Below are positions 10,864 to 23,715 of a DNA stretch of 64,000 nucleotides, piece by piece (position 1 is the first letter of the stretch; each line of letters begins with the position of its first letter). The stretch is from Schmidtea polychroa (lineage: Eukaryota). The stretch is taken from positions 52,950,001 through 53,014,000 of the forward strand of contig CM097885.1 of assembly GCA_044892525.1 (NCBI GenBank), given 5' to 3'. A program made the translations under genes and the position numbers. The notes under the pieces were generated by a model. It saw only the letters and a list, made by a program, of their open reading frames with translations. It searched no databases and was not told where the DNA came from.

Positions 10864-11874
10864 ATGAGTTCTTATATTCCATGTAATAGAGGTGGTGGAA
10901 CAATAAAAACAGGGTTTAATACAGAAGAAATATTAACTTTAACAGAAAATAAATATATTAATGAAAGAGGTGATTCAATGAAGGGTGATTTAATTTTAAA
11001 TGGACACAAGATAAAAGAATTATCTTTTCCAACTGATGAAGCTGATGCAGTTAATAAGAAATATGTAGATGGTGTTAAAAAATATACTGATTTAACAACA
11101 ACAAGAATTGAAAGTTCATTAACAACAAAAATTGATTCAATGGAATCAAAGCTTAATAATATCGAACAACGATTTAATGATAAATTTGACAAGTTACAAA
11201 GTCTGTTAACTGAACAAGTTGTAAAGTTAAGTACTGCTATATTAAATTCTAAAGATAAACAAATTATGAATACTAAATTTAATACAATATATAAAATAAT
11301 AAATGAGATGATTACATCATTTAATAAAAGAATTTCAAATTTAGAGTCTCATGGAACACACATTAACACCACACATAGTATTAGAAAAAGAGCTGCTGAA
11401 TTAGAACAGAATAAAACATTATTACCCCATACATATAAACATTTTATAGAACCAAGTTTAATAACAACAAACAGTAAAGAATGGGGTGTTTTTATGGTTG
11501 TAAAAATTATTGATCCTTATTTCTTTTTGTTTGATGATGATAATGAAAGAATGAAATGGTTTGTGAAATGTGATTATAATAGTAAGCTTGAAAAGGGTGA
11601 TGTTATAATGACTAGTTATGATTTACCACACGGAGATTGGTATGTTAATACTCATTCACATGGACTACATAAAGTTAAAAGTAAGAATATTCATTTTTCT
11701 AGTTCACTTGTACAATATATAGATTTAATATTTTATGAAAAAAAGGTTGATGTTGATGAAGTTCGTAAAGCATTGAGAGAATTGTATAAAGATATCCTCT
11801 CAACAAGAGTTTCTTTTGATATCCGAGTATTGGTACCAGATGGTGCTCAGAAGAATAAAGTCTTATTTTTTTAA
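10864..11874 (+). CDS. Pol-A fibre/spike-like protein
   Basis: GDSMKGDLILNGHKIKEL..PTDEADAVNKKYVD tail-fibre-type motif, a central coiled coil and a C-terminal globular region. Confidence 0.6.
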   Translation: MSSYIPCNRGGGTIKTGFNTEEILTLTENKYINERGDSMKGDLILNGHKIKELSFPTDEADAVNKKYVDGVKKYTDLTTTRIESSLTTKIDSMESKLNNIEQRFNDKFDKLQSLLTEQVVKLSTAILNSKDKQIMNTKFNTIYKIINEMITSFNKRISNLESHGTHINTTHSIRKRAAELEQNKTLLPHTYKHFIEPSLITTNSKEWGVFMVVKIIDPYFFLFDDDNERMKWFVKCDYNSKLEKGDVIMTSYDLPHGDWYVNTHSHGLHKVKSKNIHFSSSLVQYIDLIFYEKKVDVDEVRKALRELYKDILSTRVSFDIRVLVPDGAQKNKVLFF

Positions 11875-11882
11875 TTATTAAA

Positions 11883-12479
11883 ATGGAAGAAGTAAGAGAA
11901 GAAAAAATTTACCCAGAATTGAGATCATCAGGATATTATTCTTCCAAGGCCTCGGCTCCCACAGAACTTGAAATTATGAGAGTAAAAGAATTTAAATCAG
12001 AAACCTTACATTTACAAGATTTATTAAAGCATTATAAAAAAATTAAAAATAGATGGAATAAAGGGAATACAGTTTTAAAAGTTATAGGTTATTCTTTAGG
12101 ATTTGCATCTGCAATATTAACAGTTATTTTACCCATAACTTTACCAGTTGTTACTCTTGCACCTGTAATACTTGGAAGTATTTCTGTGGCTGATGGTTTC
12201 TTAACTGAAATAGTTTCATTATCTTATACTTCTAAAAAGAAAAGTTTATATAGAGAAGTTTGTTTATCAATAGAATTAGGAATCTCTAAATTATTTTTAT
12301 TTCAATTAAAAGCTTTGGAAGATGGAATCCTGACAGACGAAGAAATAATGAAATCAAATCAAATAATACAAGATATAAAGAATGAGGTTATAAGATTAAA
12401 AAGGGAGGGCATGGTGGCTAATGTTATAAGTAATAAAAAAACATCTCGAGAAAAATGGTTAAAGAATTCTTACTTATAA
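11883..12479 (+). CDS. Pol-A two-helix membrane protein
   Basis: KIYPEL N-terminus, hydrophobic hairpin at about residues 65-110, and KALEDGILTDEE; resembles the adintovirus membrane-active ORF family. Confidence 0.6.
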   Translation: MEEVREEKIYPELRSSGYYSSKASAPTELEIMRVKEFKSETLHLQDLLKHYKKIKNRWNKGNTVLKVIGYSLGFASAILTVILPITLPVVTLAPVILGSISVADGFLTEIVSLSYTSKKKSLYREVCLSIELGISKLFLFQLKALEDGILTDEEIMKSNQIIQDIKNEVIRLKREGMVANVISNKKTSREKWLKNSYL

Positions 12480-12680
12480 AATGGGTGTATTTTTAAAAAA
12501 GTAGATCAGGTTGCTATAGTTGCTTAAATTAATTGTCGACATTTTATTATTAAAAAATTAAATATCGTTGGTTTCAGTTATGGTTGAAAGCCAACCTATG
12601 AATCATTAATTTATGATCTTTAAATTCTTTATCACTTAGACCTTTTATATATTCAGGATCAGTATTAAAATATTTAAGTT

Positions 12681-15600
12681 CTAAACATATAGGATTAAAA
12701 ACTTGAGAATATAAAGGTTTCTCGATTTCTCTCTCGGGATAAATAATTTCAATAAGCTTTTCGGGTTTTCAGGGAATGAAGGATATTCAAATGTGTGATC
12801 TATTTCAACAGATCCTTCTCCCTCCCCTATTATAAATTTTATTGTATGCTCTTTCATAATTGGTTTGTCTTTCATTTCAAGAGAATATTGTTTAGGTCTA
12901 ATAAACACTCCTCCACTTATTGGAGTATTTGGTTTTTCATCTTTAAAAGTAAATAATTCTCCAGAGTTGTTTATTAATTTATTTAAGGTTTCGTTTTCAC
13001 TTATTTCCTTTTTTAAATCTTTACTATGACCTTTTAAAAACATACTATCAGTGTCCATAGCATGCATGGATATTCGATCTCCAAAATGGGGTACTAGAAC
13101 ATCATAGTAGGTCTCATACATTTGAAGCTTTGAAAGTTCTAAAATTGAAAAACCTATAAAGATTGGTTTATTATAAGTTTTTACAGAGTTTTTAATCTCT
13201 ATAGCTATAAGGTTACTAGAGAATATCTCTGCATTTTTAAATGTAAGCTTTCCAATTATTCGATTATATTTATTAAGATCTTTTGTTGTATTGGTTAAGA
13301 GCTCTACACGAGTATATTTATCAATATTCTCCATTGTCTTTCCAAAGACTGCATTGTTTAAAAGTTTATAAATCATATCAAGAAAAGCATTTCCAGCTCT
13401 CTTTGCTGCATTTCTTTTTAAGATATTTCCCTCGATGAATTTTTTCATAAAAGGAGCTTGTCGGAATTTAATTATAGAATGTACTTTTTTTAAAACCATT
13501 CCATGTGAGAGATAAAACTGGAGGAGTCTATAATGACAAAGATAATCAGTTTTATCTGTTTGATCACATAAAAGTTTTATACATGGTGTTCTATTCTGAG
13601 CAATCTGCCAATCTGATAGTTCTTCAGGAGAGATCTTTCTTCTTACAGGAGCAAATGGAAAATATCTAGTTCTGGATTTTATTTCATTGGGATATTCAAG
13701 ATCACATTCTACAACATATCCAAATTGAGAATCTTTTGGTGTTTTTAGAATTTCTTGTATTAATTCCTCAGTGGGTTCTTTCCAGGTGAACTTGCCAATT
13801 GGAAGGTATTGAGTCATTACTCCCGCATATAAAGCTGTTGCATCTATATACATTATTTCAGAAGGATTAGAAAGACCTTCCATTATTTCCTTACGATCTT
13901 CTGGGTTTGTTATTTCTACATATAGAGCATCAGTATCTTTGAAAAATTTAGGATAAAGAGTTGTAAAATTATTAGCATTTATTTCTCTATTCCCTTGTAC
14001 TGAAGAAATACCTCCTCTAATATTATGTTTATATACATTAAACATATCAAGCTCAACTAATAATTCAATAGTTTTATTTCTTACTGCTACATCTTCATCA
14101 GTCCATATGGTATATAATAATATATCCCAAGCTAGAGAGGGAGCGGTTATATAATTATAAGGTTTTAATTCAAAAGCTTTTGAAAATGTCTCGAAGCAAT
14201 CAGCTAAGATATAAACATCCAAGGAAAGATACATGTCAGTATATTCTCCAAGGTTTCTACAGTTGAATAGATTCCACATTTTAACTGCACGGGAATATTC
14301 CCGATCAGAAATCCCTGATTGTGTTAAAACAGAAAAGAAATCTTCTTGGGGTGGGAGTAATTCATTATATTTTTCAAAGGAGTCTATATAATCATATGGA
14401 TAGATTCCTTTTGCTAGACAGGTATTATATTCCTCTAATGGAATATTGTTTTTTAATAACACATGTTCTTTTGTATATTTAAAATCCTCAGGGTTCATAG
14501 TTTTAGCAATCCCATCCAAAGACATCCCTAAGAAATTTAACGAGTCCAAAAACTTAAAGCATCCATATTGAATGCTTTTATATTTTTCTTTTGTAAGTCC
14601 AATAACCTTGAAAGAGTTTTTAGCATTTGCGGCCAGATGCTTAATGAATAGGTGAATATCATAGCCAAAAAGATTGTGAAATATAAATGGTATGTGTGTT
14701 GGTTTTTTACAATTGAGATTACATTTTTTATGGGCTGCTCCTCTGTAATTATTTTCTCTTTTAAAATGATCATGGTCTGCAACCTTTGGCTCCTCATCCT
14801 CCTCCTCCTGAATATCAAACTCTTGTTTACACATCCAGCAGTGTGTTGCATTTTTATATTCTTCCTCTTGTTCTTCTGAAAAATTCATAGGAAAGTTGGA
14901 TTTTAATATTATATATAATTCATGTTCTAGATTATTTAAAGTTTTAACAAAATGATCTAGAGTCTCTTTGTCAGAAGTTACTCTAAATGAATATTCTCTA
15001 GATTCTACAAGTTCTGGATAATTACTTTTAAAAAACATTTTATAAGCAGAGGGTAATTGTTTTGTTAGTTTTACAGTATTAGTTTTTGTTCGTCTTAGTT
15101 TTACATTTATAGCTTCAAAATCACAATAAACCACTCCCAATGCTTCTAATAGATTGGAATAGTTTTTAAACCTCATATTAGCATTTTTCTTGTGTGGCAT
15201 TTTTATTAAAGCAGGTTGATTCTTACAACAGAGTCTCTCATGTTTAATAGCAGCAAGTTTTGAACTTGAATGATATAAACATCTTTTACAACATATGCCT
15301 CCACGAATGAGTGTGTTTCCTTTCATAAAACTTTGAAAATTCTTTATTAAGATATAATGAAGTTTTTTATCTAACATAGTGCCTCCGGACGCAGTGCTTT
15401 CTGCTTCTGGTTCTAATGAAATGCCTTCTTCTGCTTCTCTCCTCGGGTGAACGCTTTGAACCTCTTCACCATATTCTTCTCCATCAAAGTCTTCATCTGG
15501 TTTACCTTCTTCTAATATTAAAAGATCTACTTCTCTCTTTTCATCTGAGATTTCCATGTTAGAAATGTAAATAGGAATAATGTGTTTATAATTTTTATTT

Positions 15601-16634
15601 TTTCTAGTTTTTGTAATTTTGGTTGGAATGAATTGATAAATATTAATTTTAAGATTATTTAATTTTTCAAATGCTGGAACATCTTCAATTTTCATTGGGT
15701 GGGAAAAATCTTTTGGATAAATTAATTCAGATTCATATTCTTCATATTTTTGAACTCTCTGTGGGTTAGTTGCTTGAGGATGTAAGTGTGCAAGTATTGA
15801 CCATTGAAAACATTTATTATCTTTATTCTGTACATTTATAACATGGTTGGAGGTAAATGGTGTGTGAATAAAAGATTTAGGATTTGGTGGTGCGCCTCTC
15901 CAGTATTCAATCTCTATATTTTGAAAAGAGTGGAATCTTAAATTAGATTCTCCTAGTTCTTGTTCCACCTGTTCTTGTTTTTCTTCCAATTCTTTAGCTA
16001 TATCATTAACAAGTTTATTTCCTGCTTTTGTAGAAAATAAATATTTATATGAGGTTTCAATTTTTACATCTAGAGGCATTGCGATTGAATCATCTCCTCT
16101 CCAGTATTTTGCATTTCCTGTAAATTTAACTTTTATAACATTAAATCTTGATCTACCAAATTTTTTTATAGCATCATCCATTGATGATATTATTTTTTTT
16201 TTATTTTCTCTTATATATTGCATGATTGATCTGGGTCCTCGTTTTACTTCTACAATTACATCGGTGTGATTGAAGTTGTCCCAATTAAACTCTAGTTTTT
16301 CAGCTTTTTCAGTCATTGAGTTTGAATCAGAATCTTTTGCTTCAAGACCACAATCTTCTATGTGTCTTAAGTAAAAAGATTTTATCTTCATCTTTTTTCC
16401 ACATGCTGAACATTCGAATATTTCTCTGTTTTTAGGAACTCCAATACAATTTTTAAAATGCTTCTTATAACCTGAAAATAAATATCTATCCTTACATTTA
16501 GAACAGATTTTGGAATTAGTGTCATCTAGTGTGTTAGCTTTTATTAAATGGTCTTTTGATTTTTTATGAGATGTTAAAGCAGTTTTATTTTTAAAATTTT
16601 TTTCACAAATTTCACAATTGAAAATAGCTTCCAT
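12681..16634 (-). CDS. polB: Pol-A protein-primed family B DNA polymerase with N-terminal zinc fingers
   Basis: 1317 aa; YCDFEA, DHDHF..YRGAAH..CN, FHNLFGYD, KGIYPYDY, YIDATALY, KLLNNAVFGK, MDTDS. The extreme C-terminus looks frameshifted or atypical. Confidence 0.95.
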   Translation of the reverse strand: MEAIFNCEICEKNFKNKTALTSHKKSKDHLIKANTLDDTNSKICSKCKDRYLFSGYKKHFKNCIGVPKNREIFECSACGKKMKIKSFYLRHIEDCGLEAKDSDSNSMTEKAEKLEFNWDNFNHTDVIVEVKRGPRSIMQYIRENKKKIISSMDDAIKKFGRSRFNVIKVKFTGNAKYWRGDDSIAMPLDVKIETSYKYLFSTKAGNKLVNDIAKELEEKQEQVEQELGESNLRFHSFQNIEIEYWRGAPPNPKSFIHTPFTSNHVINVQNKDNKCFQWSILAHLHPQATNPQRVQKYEEYESELIYPKDFSHPMKIEDVPAFEKLNNLKINIYQFIPTKITKTRKNKNYKHIIPIYISNMEISDEKREVDLLILEEGKPDEDFDGEEYGEEVQSVHPRREAEEGISLEPEAESTASGGTMLDKKLHYILIKNFQSFMKGNTLIRGGICCKRCLYHSSSKLAAIKHERLCCKNQPALIKMPHKKNANMRFKNYSNLLEALGVVYCDFEAINVKLRRTKTNTVKLTKQLPSAYKMFFKSNYPELVESREYSFRVTSDKETLDHFVKTLNNLEHELYIILKSNFPMNFSEEQEEEYKNATHCWMCKQEFDIQEEEDEEPKVADHDHFKRENNYRGAAHKKCNLNCKKPTHIPFIFHNLFGYDIHLFIKHLAANAKNSFKVIGLTKEKYKSIQYGCFKFLDSLNFLGMSLDGIAKTMNPEDFKYTKEHVLLKNNIPLEEYNTCLAKGIYPYDYIDSFEKYNELLPPQEDFFSVLTQSGISDREYSRAVKMWNLFNCRNLGEYTDMYLSLDVYILADCFETFSKAFELKPYNYITAPSLAWDILLYTIWTDEDVAVRNKTIELLVELDMFNVYKHNIRGGISSVQGNREINANNFTTLYPKFFKDTDALYVEITNPEDRKEIMEGLSNPSEIMYIDATALYAGVMTQYLPIGKFTWKEPTEELIQEILKTPKDSQFGYVVECDLEYPNEIKSRTRYFPFAPVRRKISPEELSDWQIAQNRTPCIKLLCDQTDKTDYLCHYRLLQFYLSHGMVLKKVHSIIKFRQAPFMKKFIEGNILKRNAAKRAGNAFLDMIYKLLNNAVFGKTMENIDKYTRVELLTNTTKDLNKYNRIIGKLTFKNAEIFSSNLIAIEIKNSVKTYNKPIFIGFSILELSKLQMYETYYDVLVPHFGDRISMHAMDTDSMFLKGHSKDLKKEISENETLNKLINNSGELFTFKDEKPNTPISGGVFIRPKQYSLEMKDKPIMKEHTIKFIIGEGEGSVEIDHTFEYPSFPENPKSLLKLFIPREKSRNLYILKFLILYV

Positions 16635-16707
16635 TTTTAAAAGAATTTTTTGGTTGGATACGATGTTTTGGTTTTGATATTAATTTTTATTTTTTTTAAA
16701 TCTAAAA

Positions 16708-17023
16708 GTGATCAGGCGACCTAGATCATTATGAATTAGGTAATCTGATATTCTTATAACATTAAATCCTTAAGACCAAGTAGTGAGGAATCTATGCACC
16801 CCGTTACCTTTTCTCGGAATTACTAATCTATAAATACATCTATTCCGAACTTTTTTACTTTTAAGGGAAGAAATTAAGGGTTAATGGCAATAGGGGACAA
16901 AGTTTAAAAGTTAAAAAAAGTGAAGAATATGGGGTAAAAAAGCATATAAATGTGGAAAATATGGGTCAATAGCGCTGTTTTTTTTAGGGTGGGGGTGCTG
17001 GGGTGCAGAGATTCCTCACTACT
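16708..17023 (-). repeat. Pol-A right TIR
   Basis: Reverse complement of 2786-3102. Confidence 0.95.
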
Positions 17024-18929
17024 GGCCAGTGTTAAATGTGGACACTAACTGGGACAAAGGAAACCGACGATTAACAAATTGAATTAATGTTATTCTACTT
17101 AATTTCGAATTTCTATTTTTATCAATTTTAATGACGATTTCTTGTGAATTATGATTAATTTTATTTCTGATTTTTTTATTTTTAATTAAATTTGCCGCCA
17201 TGATGGATTTGAGTATTCTAGACTATTTTCTGTTATTTTCGTCGATTTCTGTGCTTATTCTTATTTTCTTTTAATTCTTAAGTTATTTCGGCTATAATTG
17301 GTATATTATGGTTATTTTTAAATGTTATTCGTGGAAATCTTTCTAATTTCCGTTTCTATCCCTTCTTATCGCCATTTAATTCAAATTTGTTTACTGCTGT
17401 TGTGAATATATGTTGTGTTTGAATTAATTTCATTTGATACTTCTTGCTTTTGTCTCATTTTTATTTACTTTTGGGTTTATTATGTTGATGTTATGTGAAT
17501 TCTGTTTAATTGTTTAGTTGGTGTTTTAACGTGTTTCTAATTTAACTCGACTTACTGCTAAGATTTGCGTGTTGAGTTTCGACGCATTTCGTCACATTGT
17601 TTATACCTGGGCCTTAAATCAGTTTTTGTCCAACAATATTACAGTCATAGAAATTGAAATAATCAATGGTGGTTATGATAAGTTTATTTATATTGTTTCA
17701 CATAAGCCAGATTTCACATTATTAAAGTGTTCCGTGAAGTAATGAAAATATCAAAATTTAGGTGTAACATAATTTTTTTCTAAAATCAATTGATAGAAGA
17801 TACAATAAAAACATTAGGAGATAAATATTTTCAAAAAACAATGGAAAAATTTTAGATAAGTATCATCTTTTTGACGATATATGATATTATTTAGGTCCAA
17901 ACAAATTACCTATAATCACCAATTACGTCGTTTTTGTTGAGAATTAACTAAATTGCACATTATTAAGTATTAATGTAATTTTCACTAAACCAATTTCAAT
18001 GTTTCTGTATTTAGACTTAATAAAAATTTAACATATTGAATATATTTGAGTGTCATTTATAATAAATACCACGAACCTCACTGAAAATATATTTTAGAAT
18101 TAATTCTGGGATTAGTTTAAATTAAAAATTAAAATTCCTAATTTTAAATAAATTTTTAGAAAAATATTTGTTTATATTTATAATTTGTAAATTATTTATT
18201 TCTTCAGCTGATTCAATTTTTTAAAAATACATTCCTAAAATTTGTTAAAAAATTATTAACTTATTCGAATAATTATGTCTGTCATGTATAAAGACATAAT
18301 AATTAATAGTTTAAAAGCTAATCAAGTTGAAATTTGTGAAAAGTTTACCACTGGTCAATGTAGAAATCTTTTGCTTATGTACAAATGTGACTTACCAACA
18401 GCTGTTTATGTTAGTAGTAAATAATTATTCATTGTAAAATATATTTCTAGGAGAAACTTGAAATAACACTAGAACAAAATGGTACAATTTTATCAATGAT
18501 TACACCTAAAATTCAATCCATTTCGAAATATCATCGTTCTGCTCACTTTCTAGTGTTTTCATTTGTTCCTAACTTCTCTTGATTCCCGTCATTATTGATT
18601 CCAAATCAATCTCAGCATATTCATTAATTTTTTATGCGGCCTAATCTATCATCACCCATTTATCGAAATATAAACATTGTCATGTAGTATTATTAACCCT
18701 GTGTTTCAGTTAAGGAAAGCAATTGAATTACTTATTCCCAGCTCGTTACTCGTCTCATTCTTCTTATTGTCGGCTTTTCATCATAATTCTTCCGAAATAT
18801 AAACATTTTGGTGTCTAAATTAATTAAGTTCCTTCAAAATATGTAGGTAGTTAGTAGCTTACGGCAGCAATGACCCCCCCCCTGCTGCAACTTTTGATTA
18901 CGCAATTGCTGCAACTCACATTTTTTGCT

Positions 18930-19810
18930 TTCAGGGATTTTTGGTCCAAATTTTTTTTTATCAGACTATAGTGAGGGGGTCTCGATGGTCCTGGGATTTT
19001 CAATACAAAAAAATTTTTTTCAATACAAAAAGGCGGTCTCACTAAAAAGCATGGATTATTCACACTATAGTGAAGGGGTCTCGATGGTCCTGGGATTTTC
19101 AATACAAAAAATTTTTTTTCAATACAAAAACGATGGTCCTGGGATTTTCAATACAAAAAATTTTTTTTCAATACAAAAACGATGGTCCTGGGATTTTCAA
19201 TACAAAAAATTTTTTTTCAATACAAAAACGATGGTCCTGGGATTTTCAATACAAAAAATTTTTTTCAATACAAAAAATCCGACTACCACTAAAAAAAGCA
19301 TGGTAATTTAAGGTCTCAGGATATTTTCAATACAAAAAGCTGGTCTACACTAAAAAAGCCAAGGATTTTTCAAACTATAGTGAGGCGAGTCTCCTTGGTC
19401 CTGAGAAATAGGTGGTCTACACTAAAAAAGCATGGTAATTTAAGGTCTCAGGATATTTTCAACACAAAAAGCTGGTCTACACTAAAAAAGCATGGTAATT
19501 TAAGGTCTCAGGATATTTTCAATACAAAAGCTGGTCTACACTAAAAAAGCCAAGGATTTTTCAAACTATAGTGAGGCGAGTCTCCTTTGTCCTGAGAAAT
19601 AGGTGGTCTACACTAAAAAAGCATGGTAATTTAAGGTCTCAGGATATTTTCAACACAAAAAGCTGGTCTACACTAAAAAAGCATGGTAATTTAAGGTCTC
19701 AGGATATTTTCAATACAAAAGCTGGTCTACACTAAAAAAGCCAAGGATTTTTCAGACTATAGTGAGGTGAGTCTCCTTGGTCCTGAGAAATAGGTGGACT
19801 ACACTAAAAA
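18930..19810. repeat. Subterminal tandem arrays (~49-bp units, then ~180-bp higher-order units)
   Basis: Repeated GATGGTCCTGGGATTTTCAATACAAAAA and GGTCTACACTAAAAAAGCATGGTAATTTAAGGTCTCAGG units. Confidence 0.9.
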
Positions 19811-19819
19811 ACGTGGTAA

Positions 19820-20340
19820 ATTTTTCAATTAAAGTAAATAATGGTCCAAATTTTAAAATTAAAGTAAATTATGGTTCTAAAAATTAAATTACAGTAAATT
19901 ATGGTCAAAATTTTTGAATTACAGTAAATTATGGTCCTAAAAATTAAATTACAGTAAATAATGGTCCTAAAAATTAAATTACAGTAAATTATGGTCCTAA
20001 AAAATTAAATTAAAAGTAAATTATGGTCCAAATTTTTGAATTAAAGTAAATTTAGGTTCTAAAAATTAAATTAAAATAAATTATGGTTCAAATTTTAAAA
20101 TTAAAGTAAATTTAGGTTCTAAAAATTAAATTAAAGTTAATTAAGGTTCAAATTTTAAAATTAAGTAATCAATGGTAAAAAATTTTAAATAAGTAAATTA
20201 AAGTAATAATTTTTAAATTAAGTAATCAATGGTAAAAAATTTTAAATAAGTAAATTAAAGTAAATTAAAGTAAGATTTTAAAATTTATTAACAAAAAGTT
20301 GAAGGTGTTTGAGAATTGAAATTTTTTAATGAAAATTTTT
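19820..20340. repeat. ~30-bp AATTA(A/C)AGTAAATTATGG satellite-like array
   Basis: Directly visible; the same family recurs at 58605-59390. Confidence 0.9.
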
Positions 20341-20430
20341 ATGAAATATTTTTTAGGATAATTTTTAATGAAAATTTTTATGAAATATTTTTTAAGTTAA
20401 TTTTTAATGGAAATTTTAATGGAATAATAA

Positions 20431-20461
<31 letters not shown>

Positions 20462-21056
20462 TCAACAGTTACCAACAATCGGTTACTAAATATTTTTAAC
20501 TAGGTGCTGACAAATACTTACAACATGATACCACGTACTAACTAACTCTCAAACAACCAGATACTTACAACTAACTACTAAATATTCTTCACTGTATTTT
20601 ATGAAATGCTTTTTAAATTAATTTTTTATCTATCTACAAAAATATATTTAATTACACATAAAAATTTACCAAACATATAAAAAGAACAAAAGTAAAAATA
20701 TAAAATTTTATTTAATAAAATCAATCTTCATCAGATAAAATAATGTCATCAATATCAATATCATCTTCTCCAACAACTTCTCCAACATCTTCTCCAACAT
20801 CTTCTCCAACATCTTCTTCATCAAATTCTTCATCATCTTCTCCAGCATCTTCTCCAACAACTTCTCCAACATTTAATTGACTTAATCTTATATGCCCATA
20901 TGCTAAACTAATATTTTTCCCCACCCAAACCCTTTTGTCATCTGCGTTAGTTAGAGCTATTTTAGTATTTTTAATTGTATAAATTTGATGGTTTTTCTAG
21001 TTATTTTTGTTTGAGGAATCGAAAAAATTTGATTTGTGTTATAACAATCCAGGTAC

Positions 21057-23715
21057 TAGATGTTGTGATTTCTCGATAAATTAAACTTCTCGAGAAATTG
21101 AGAAACCCAAATCGCTTGTCTCGAGAATTATCGAGAATTATCGAGAAATTCTGATAATTAAAAAAAATTAGATTGACCAATGAAAAAACGAAGAAATAGG
21201 TTGTATTTAATACAAGTATTGTTAACTATATTTATTTATTAAAACAATATTTATTTTTACCAAAAAAGAAAACTAAATTCATTATATTTTATTTAAAATT
21301 CTTATATATGCATTACATTTTTGTAATTTTAATGTAAAAATAAATAAAAATAATTCAAAAAATATCAATGCTATAATATGTAATATATAATATTTAATAA
21401 AAGTTAACTTTAACTATATTTATTTATTAAAATAATATGTATTTATTTTTGACAAAAAAAACGAAATTCATTATATAAACAAAACGAAACTCTTCAATAT
21501 TTATTTTTAACAAAAAAAGAAAACGAAATCCATTATATAAAATGATGCTTTAAAAAGCAGAGACTATCAATAGATCTATCTGACAAACTTGTTCTTTTCT
21601 TCGAAACAAAATTTCCCGCAATTGAGAAATTCCTTTCGTTTTGTGTTGAAGTTGGTTTTATTGTTAGTAATGCTGCTTGAAGCAACGATAAGTTTGGAGT
21701 AAGTTTGCCATTGACAGAAAATATATTAATTTCTCTCGACAATGTTTTAAAGTCTGTATCTGATATCTGAGAACTCTTGTTGCTTTCACAAATGAAATTT
21801 TCCAGCTGCTTTTTCAGAATTTCTTCCTTAGTAATGTGCGTATTCTGCTGGTTCATATCATTCGGTTCGAATTCTGAATTTTCAATTTCCATTATTTCTG
21901 CATGCTCTGCCAGATTTTCATTACCATGTGATTCATGAAGTGGTGCAGGGAAAAGCCTTACCATCAAGTTTTGAGCTGATTAGGTGATTTCATTTTTGCT
22001 GGTCATGCTGAAAAATTCATCTTCCACATTTTCAAGAGAGGATGGATCCTGTAAAAATTTCAAAAGAGACACTAATGATTTATCCCGTCTCTTTCCTATA
22101 CGATCTTTTAATTCATCTTTTAATTTTAAAGCTAAAACGGAATGATTTTTTTCTAGCGCTTGAAAAAGAAATTTTAGTACTCCTGCTGTCAATAGGGTAG
22201 TATCATTACGACTTAATGCCTCTATTGCTATTCGGACAGGTTGCAAAACATCCAAAATATTTCCGGCGTTAGTAATATCATCATTGATCATAAAGATAAT
22301 CGATATTAAGATCTTCTAAAGCCTTTTTATAGGCTCAATTATACGAAAAAATCGTTCTACCATTGACTCTAAGGTATTCCACCTAGTCTTACAATCCAAT
22401 AAGAGGGCTAGCTCCTTTTGCTCTGCGGCTTTTACGTGATTTTGTAAAACACTATTTCTCACCGGTGATTTCCTAAAAAGTTTAACCACTTTTCGAATCT
22501 TCTGAATAGTGTCACGTATATTTATATGGGGATTGATTATCAATATCAACCGATTTGGAGAAATTGAATCTATCTGATTATCTACTATACCCAAAAAATT
22601 ATCTTCCTGTTCATCTTCGTTTGAGGTACAATTGGAATTTTCGTCATCGCTGGCCTCATTATTTGTTGTTTGAGATGCATATAAAACCGACATAATTGCC
22701 AAATGGATAGCGTGATTGTAGCACATTTGTAGATGAGCAGGTGATAATTTTCCATATTTCACCATAACGCTCGCACCATCTGATGTAGTAGCTACAATAT
22801 CTTTGGAAAAACAGATACCAAACGATTCCAATTTTGAATTCACCATTTCTACAATTTTTTCAGCAGGGCAGCTTCCTGTTATTGGGATTAATCCTAAATT
22901 AACTGAATCCAAAACTCCAAAGTATAGGTGGACGTTCATGTATCGTCGGTTTTTAAAGCTGGTCCATTCATCAATGGACAAACTAAATTTCATATTCTGT
23001 TCTTTTAGAGTTTTAATTCTAAGAACTAGTTTGTCTTTCACTAAGCAATAATACTTATACACCAAATTCATGACATCTGACTGCTGCTGTGGTAAAGAAA
23101 ATCCTTGTTTTTTAATACTTTTACGAATGAACTCGCTTTTAGTTATTCCCAAAATACTGAAACCATCTTTAGCTGCTAATTTAGCCACAATTTCTTCCAA
23201 TGTTTCAAGATCATTATTTGCATTGGTGATAGTCAGAAATTTGTCCAGCGTTGAATTTGATTTTGAAGTGCCTGCAGCTGCTATGATGACCAGTTAAATG
23301 GCGATGAAGTCCAGTCGTTTGCGATGCTTTGCATGATATGAATTTTTTACACAAATTGCAAATAGCTGTATCCTTATCACCAAGTTTTTTTTAAAATGTT
23401 GCCAACAATTTTCGTAACGTGTCTGTTCCATTTTATGGCTAAAAAATCTATATTAAAAATGTATTATTAAATTGTGTCGTAAGTTAAAAAATAGTCCGCA
23501 AAATGTTATATTCTAAATGTACTTACGTTTGATTGATTAACAGCTTAACAAAATATAAATATAATCTCACCTCACTTTTAAAAGAAATAAATGATAATTG
23601 CACTTTAATTTTTAAACTTACAAATTGTATGAATATGTATGAAATGAATGAGTAACCAAAAATGACTGAACAACCTACCAAAAATGCATAAAGTTTTTAC
23701 AATACAACAAGCCTA
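21057..23715 (-). mobile_element. hAT transposon, one end missing; transposase pseudogene 21533-23431
   Basis: BED-finger remnant (CWQHF..AICNLC), SIDEWTS, TSDGAS, CYNHAIHL, TRWNT, and C-terminal PTSTQNERNFS dimerisation motif. TAGATGTTG end with CTCGAGAA subterminal repeats. Confidence 0.88.

Larger units (their letters stand above)
2786..17023. mobile_element. Pol-A: complete 14.2-kb Maverick/Polinton
   Basis: Starts AGTAGTGAGGAATC and ends GATTCCTCACTACT. Identical 6-bp TSD GGCCAG at 2780-2785 and 17024-17029. ~317-bp TIRs. Encodes pPolB, rve integrase, ATPase, cysteine protease, and major and minor capsid proteins. Confidence 0.97.

Noticed and set aside
18930..19810. Regularly spaced repeats resembling a CRISPR array
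   Set aside because: No unique spacers; units are tandem and hierarchical; eukaryotic context and no cas genes.
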